Source: Paraspadella gotoi
Lineage: Eukaryota; Animalia; Chaetognatha
Direction: 5' to 3'
Assembly: GCA_051294375.1 (NCBI GenBank)
Contig: JBJCIZ010001559.1
Location: forward strand, 1-10,837
Length of the DNA stretch: 10,837 bases
Shown here: positions 8,643-10,837 of the stretch, piece by piece
Numbering within the stretch: the stretch's first letter is position 1
Layout: each line of letters opens with the position of its first letter
Position numbers and translations under genes: made by a program
Notes under the pieces: model-generated
The model's input: only the letters and a program-made list of their open reading frames with translations
What the model was told of the DNA's origin: nothing
The model's database searches: none

Positions 8643-9365
8643 ATGGAGATCCAGCGGCGACGCTTCGCCCCTTCCGCATACGACTTGACTCCTGGCCCAA
8701 TCACGCAGGGTCCTCCGTACTCTCTTAAGGGCCACTTCAAACTTCCCCTCGTCGCCGCCACCTCTTTTCACCCAGCGCCACGAATGAAGAGGAGTCCCTC
8801 TCAACCGGAACCGCTCAGGAAGGCGCGCTTCGCCCCTTGGGCCTCAACGAAGTCGTCTCGACGAATCCTCCGTCGGCTCCACGACGCTCCTCCAACCCTG
8901 AAAAATTCAAGCATCTCGCTTTCCACGCCTCCCACCCTCTCGTCCTTCTCCTACCCTCCACCTCCCCCCCCTTCTGCTCCGCCTGAAGAAGATGTCATTC
9001 CCTCCTCTCAGCCATTTCATCTTCAGGCCACCAGCGCCGTCGTCGTCGCTCAACTCCCTACGGTCAACTCCCATCCACGCTCTGCTAAGATCTTCCAGTC
9101 ACCACCTCCGCTCCTCGCGCCCCCTCCCCCAGCTTCCTCTTGCATCTACTGTCACAAGGTCGACATAAGCGGAAAGATCCGCTGCAACCAATGCCAAGGC
9201 TTCATCCACTCCGTTGCTTGCGCCAAATTTGAGAGTCATCGACAAGCCTCTTTCATGCCCTTCACTTGCCGACGATGCAACCCTCCAGTCTCTCTTCTCA
9301 GCTTCACCGCACTCCTGCCCGTAACCTGCGCATCGTCGTCAACGACATCTCTCCGCTCACATTGA
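8643..9365 (+). CDS. N-terminal part of the retroelement protein: Pro/Ser-rich region plus PHD-like zinc finger
   Basis: First ATG at 8643 within ORF 8628..9365. 9141-9278 encodes C-x2-C-x10-C-x2-C-x4-H-x3-C-x15-C-x2-C (C4HC3). Confidence 0.7.
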   Translation: MEIQRRRFAPSAYDLTPGPITQGPPYSLKGHFKLPLVAATSFHPAPRMKRSPSQPEPLRKARFAPWASTKSSRRILRRLHDAPPTLKNSSISLSTPPTLSSFSYPPPPPPSAPPEEDVIPSSQPFHLQATSAVVVAQLPTVNSHPRSAKIFQSPPPLLAPPPPASSCIYCHKVDISGKIRCNQCQGFIHSVACAKFESHRQASFMPFTCRRCNPPVSLLSFTALLPVTCASSSTTSLRSH

Positions 9366-10837
9366 TTCTCCCTCCAGATTCTCAGTCCCCCCCTCCTCCT
9401 TCCACTTCTCCTCCCTCTTTTTCCCCGCCTCCCCCTCTCTCCCACCCCCCACCCTTCACTCCCACCCTCACTCCCTCTCCCCCTTTTCTTCTCTCTATCG
9501 ATCCCTCTTCAGCACACGCATTCCTCTTCTCCGCATTCCCACATCAGCAAGAGGGAATGCGCTCCCTCACCAATCTGTTTGGTCCGACGTACTTCGCGAC
9601 CCACAAATGTCGTCAAGTGGACAAGGCGCTCTCCGCAGCCAACTTATCTTCCTTCATCCCCGCCGGTAAAAAGAAATTCAGAAAATCAGCCACGGTCAAG
9701 CAGCGGATCTCCCCACTCCATCTGACGGCCGCCTCGGACCGCATCTTCTGGAATCTCTGGAGTCAAGCCACCCGTCGGCGACGTCAACACGCTCCCTCCA
9801 CCGAATCTCAAGCCAGCAACAATGTCCGCCGTGCTACCTCCTTTGCCCAAGAGGGGCACTACGGGCAAGCCGCCAAAGCGCTTAGATCCCAAGGCCTTGA
9901 TTTTGACTCAGCCCAAGCCCTCTCAAATATGCAATCCCTCCACCCTTCTTCTCCCCCTCCTCCTCCCCAGCCTCCCCCCCCAGCCTCTGCCTACCAATTT
10001 TCCTCCTCCGAAACTCTGGAAGCCCTTAACTCCTTCCACTCTCTCTCTGCCGGGGGACCATCTGGTCTCCGCCCCGCCCATCTACGCGAAGGCATATCCT
10101 CTGATTACGGCAATGCCCTCCTCTCCACATTGACACGGGTCATCAATCTGCTGGCCTCAGGTCTTATCCCTCCTGTCATTTCTCCCTTTCTTTGTGGAGG
10201 CAACCTTTTCGCCGCGTCGAAAAAATCCGGCGGACACCGACCAATTGCAGTCGGCGAATCCCTACGGCGTTGGACAGCCAAATGTGTTAGCAAAAAGTCG
10301 ATAGCCGACACCGCCGAATACCTTTCCCCCCTTCAGCTCGGCGTCGGTGTCAAAAACAGCGCGGAAGCTATCATCCACGCAGCCAACTCCATTTTTAACG
10401 ACGACAACATCCCAGTGCAGAACAAATGGGTTCTCCAAATCGATTTCTCCAACGCCTTCAACCGCATCAGCCGCGAAGAAATGCTCAAAGAAATCCGAAT
10501 CCACTGCCCCAAAGCTTCTGCCTGGGCCGAGCTGTGCTACGCCAGCCCCTCTCACCTCTTCTTTGGTCAATCACGCATCTCTAGCTCCTCTGGGGCACAA
10601 CAGGGTGACCCTTTAGGCTCTCTCTTTTTCGCCCTTGTCCTTCAACCGCTCCTACACCGCCTTAAGTCTAAACTTCCTGATCTCCTCCTCAACGTCTGGT
10701 TCTTGGATGACGGCACCATCATCGGCACGAAGGAAGATCTCCAATGCGCTTTCGACTTCTTCATCCAACATGGTCCCGCTGCGGGTCTGTTCCTGAACCC
10801 CGGCAAATCCTTAGTCTGGTGCGGCGGCGATCTGCCA
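9233..10837 (+). CDS. Reverse transcriptase ORF (3'-partial)
   Basis: Manual translation: frame open from after the TGA at 9230-9232 to the window end. Motifs RPIAVGE (10238), DFSNAFN (10442), QQGDPLG (10598-10618), WFLDDG (10697-10714) and GLFLNPGKS. Recognisable in this frame from ~9700 onward. Confidence 0.93.

Larger units (their letters stand above)
8643..10837 (+). mobile_element. Non-LTR retrotransposon, CRE-clade-like (5' part; runs off the window)
   Basis: RT motifs plus CRE-like pre-RT blocks (EGHYGQAAKAL, SAGGPSGLRPAHL, PFLCGGNLFAASKKSGGHRPIAVGESLRRWTAKC, LSPLQLGVGVKNSAEAIIH). No apurinic endonuclease domain before the RT. Abrupt switch to C-rich composition near 8630-8640. Confidence 0.88.

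Noticed and set aside
9686-10616. Track ORFs 9686..9892, 9822..10133, 10105..10311, 10262..10570 and 10347..10616
   Set aside because: Off-frame or antisense shadows of the RT ORF.
1-10837. CRISPR array, prokaryotic operon, or retron/group II intron interpretation of the RT
   Set aside because: No short repeat-spacer array or operon-like gene density. The RT motifs and context match a eukaryotic non-LTR retrotransposon.

Overview
Eukaryotic genomic DNA: AT-rich intron/intergenic background, (TC)n/(GA)n microsatellites and GT-AG splice signals. Many small indels suggest a poorly polished long-read sequence. The two best-supported elements are as follows. (1) 4911-6047 is a non-coding LTR-int-LTR-int-LTR array of ~245-bp TG...CA repeats with a tRNA-Trp-type primer-binding site and a short polypurine tract. 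It reads as a tandem TRIM whose LTRs carry a tRNA-like, structured segment (Helenus-like, Pol III-type). (2) ~8643-10837 is the 5' part of a CRE-clade-like non-LTR retrotransposon, with an N-terminal PHD-like finger and a reverse transcriptase ORF that runs off the window and is therefore absent from the ORF track. Weaker signals: a (TC)n-tailed dispersed repeat (two direct copies, one inverted) in the first 2.3 kb, a GC-rich frame-broken coding-like block at 2620-3660, and candidate minus-strand micro-exons. Most short ORFs in the track are microsatellite or off-frame artefacts.
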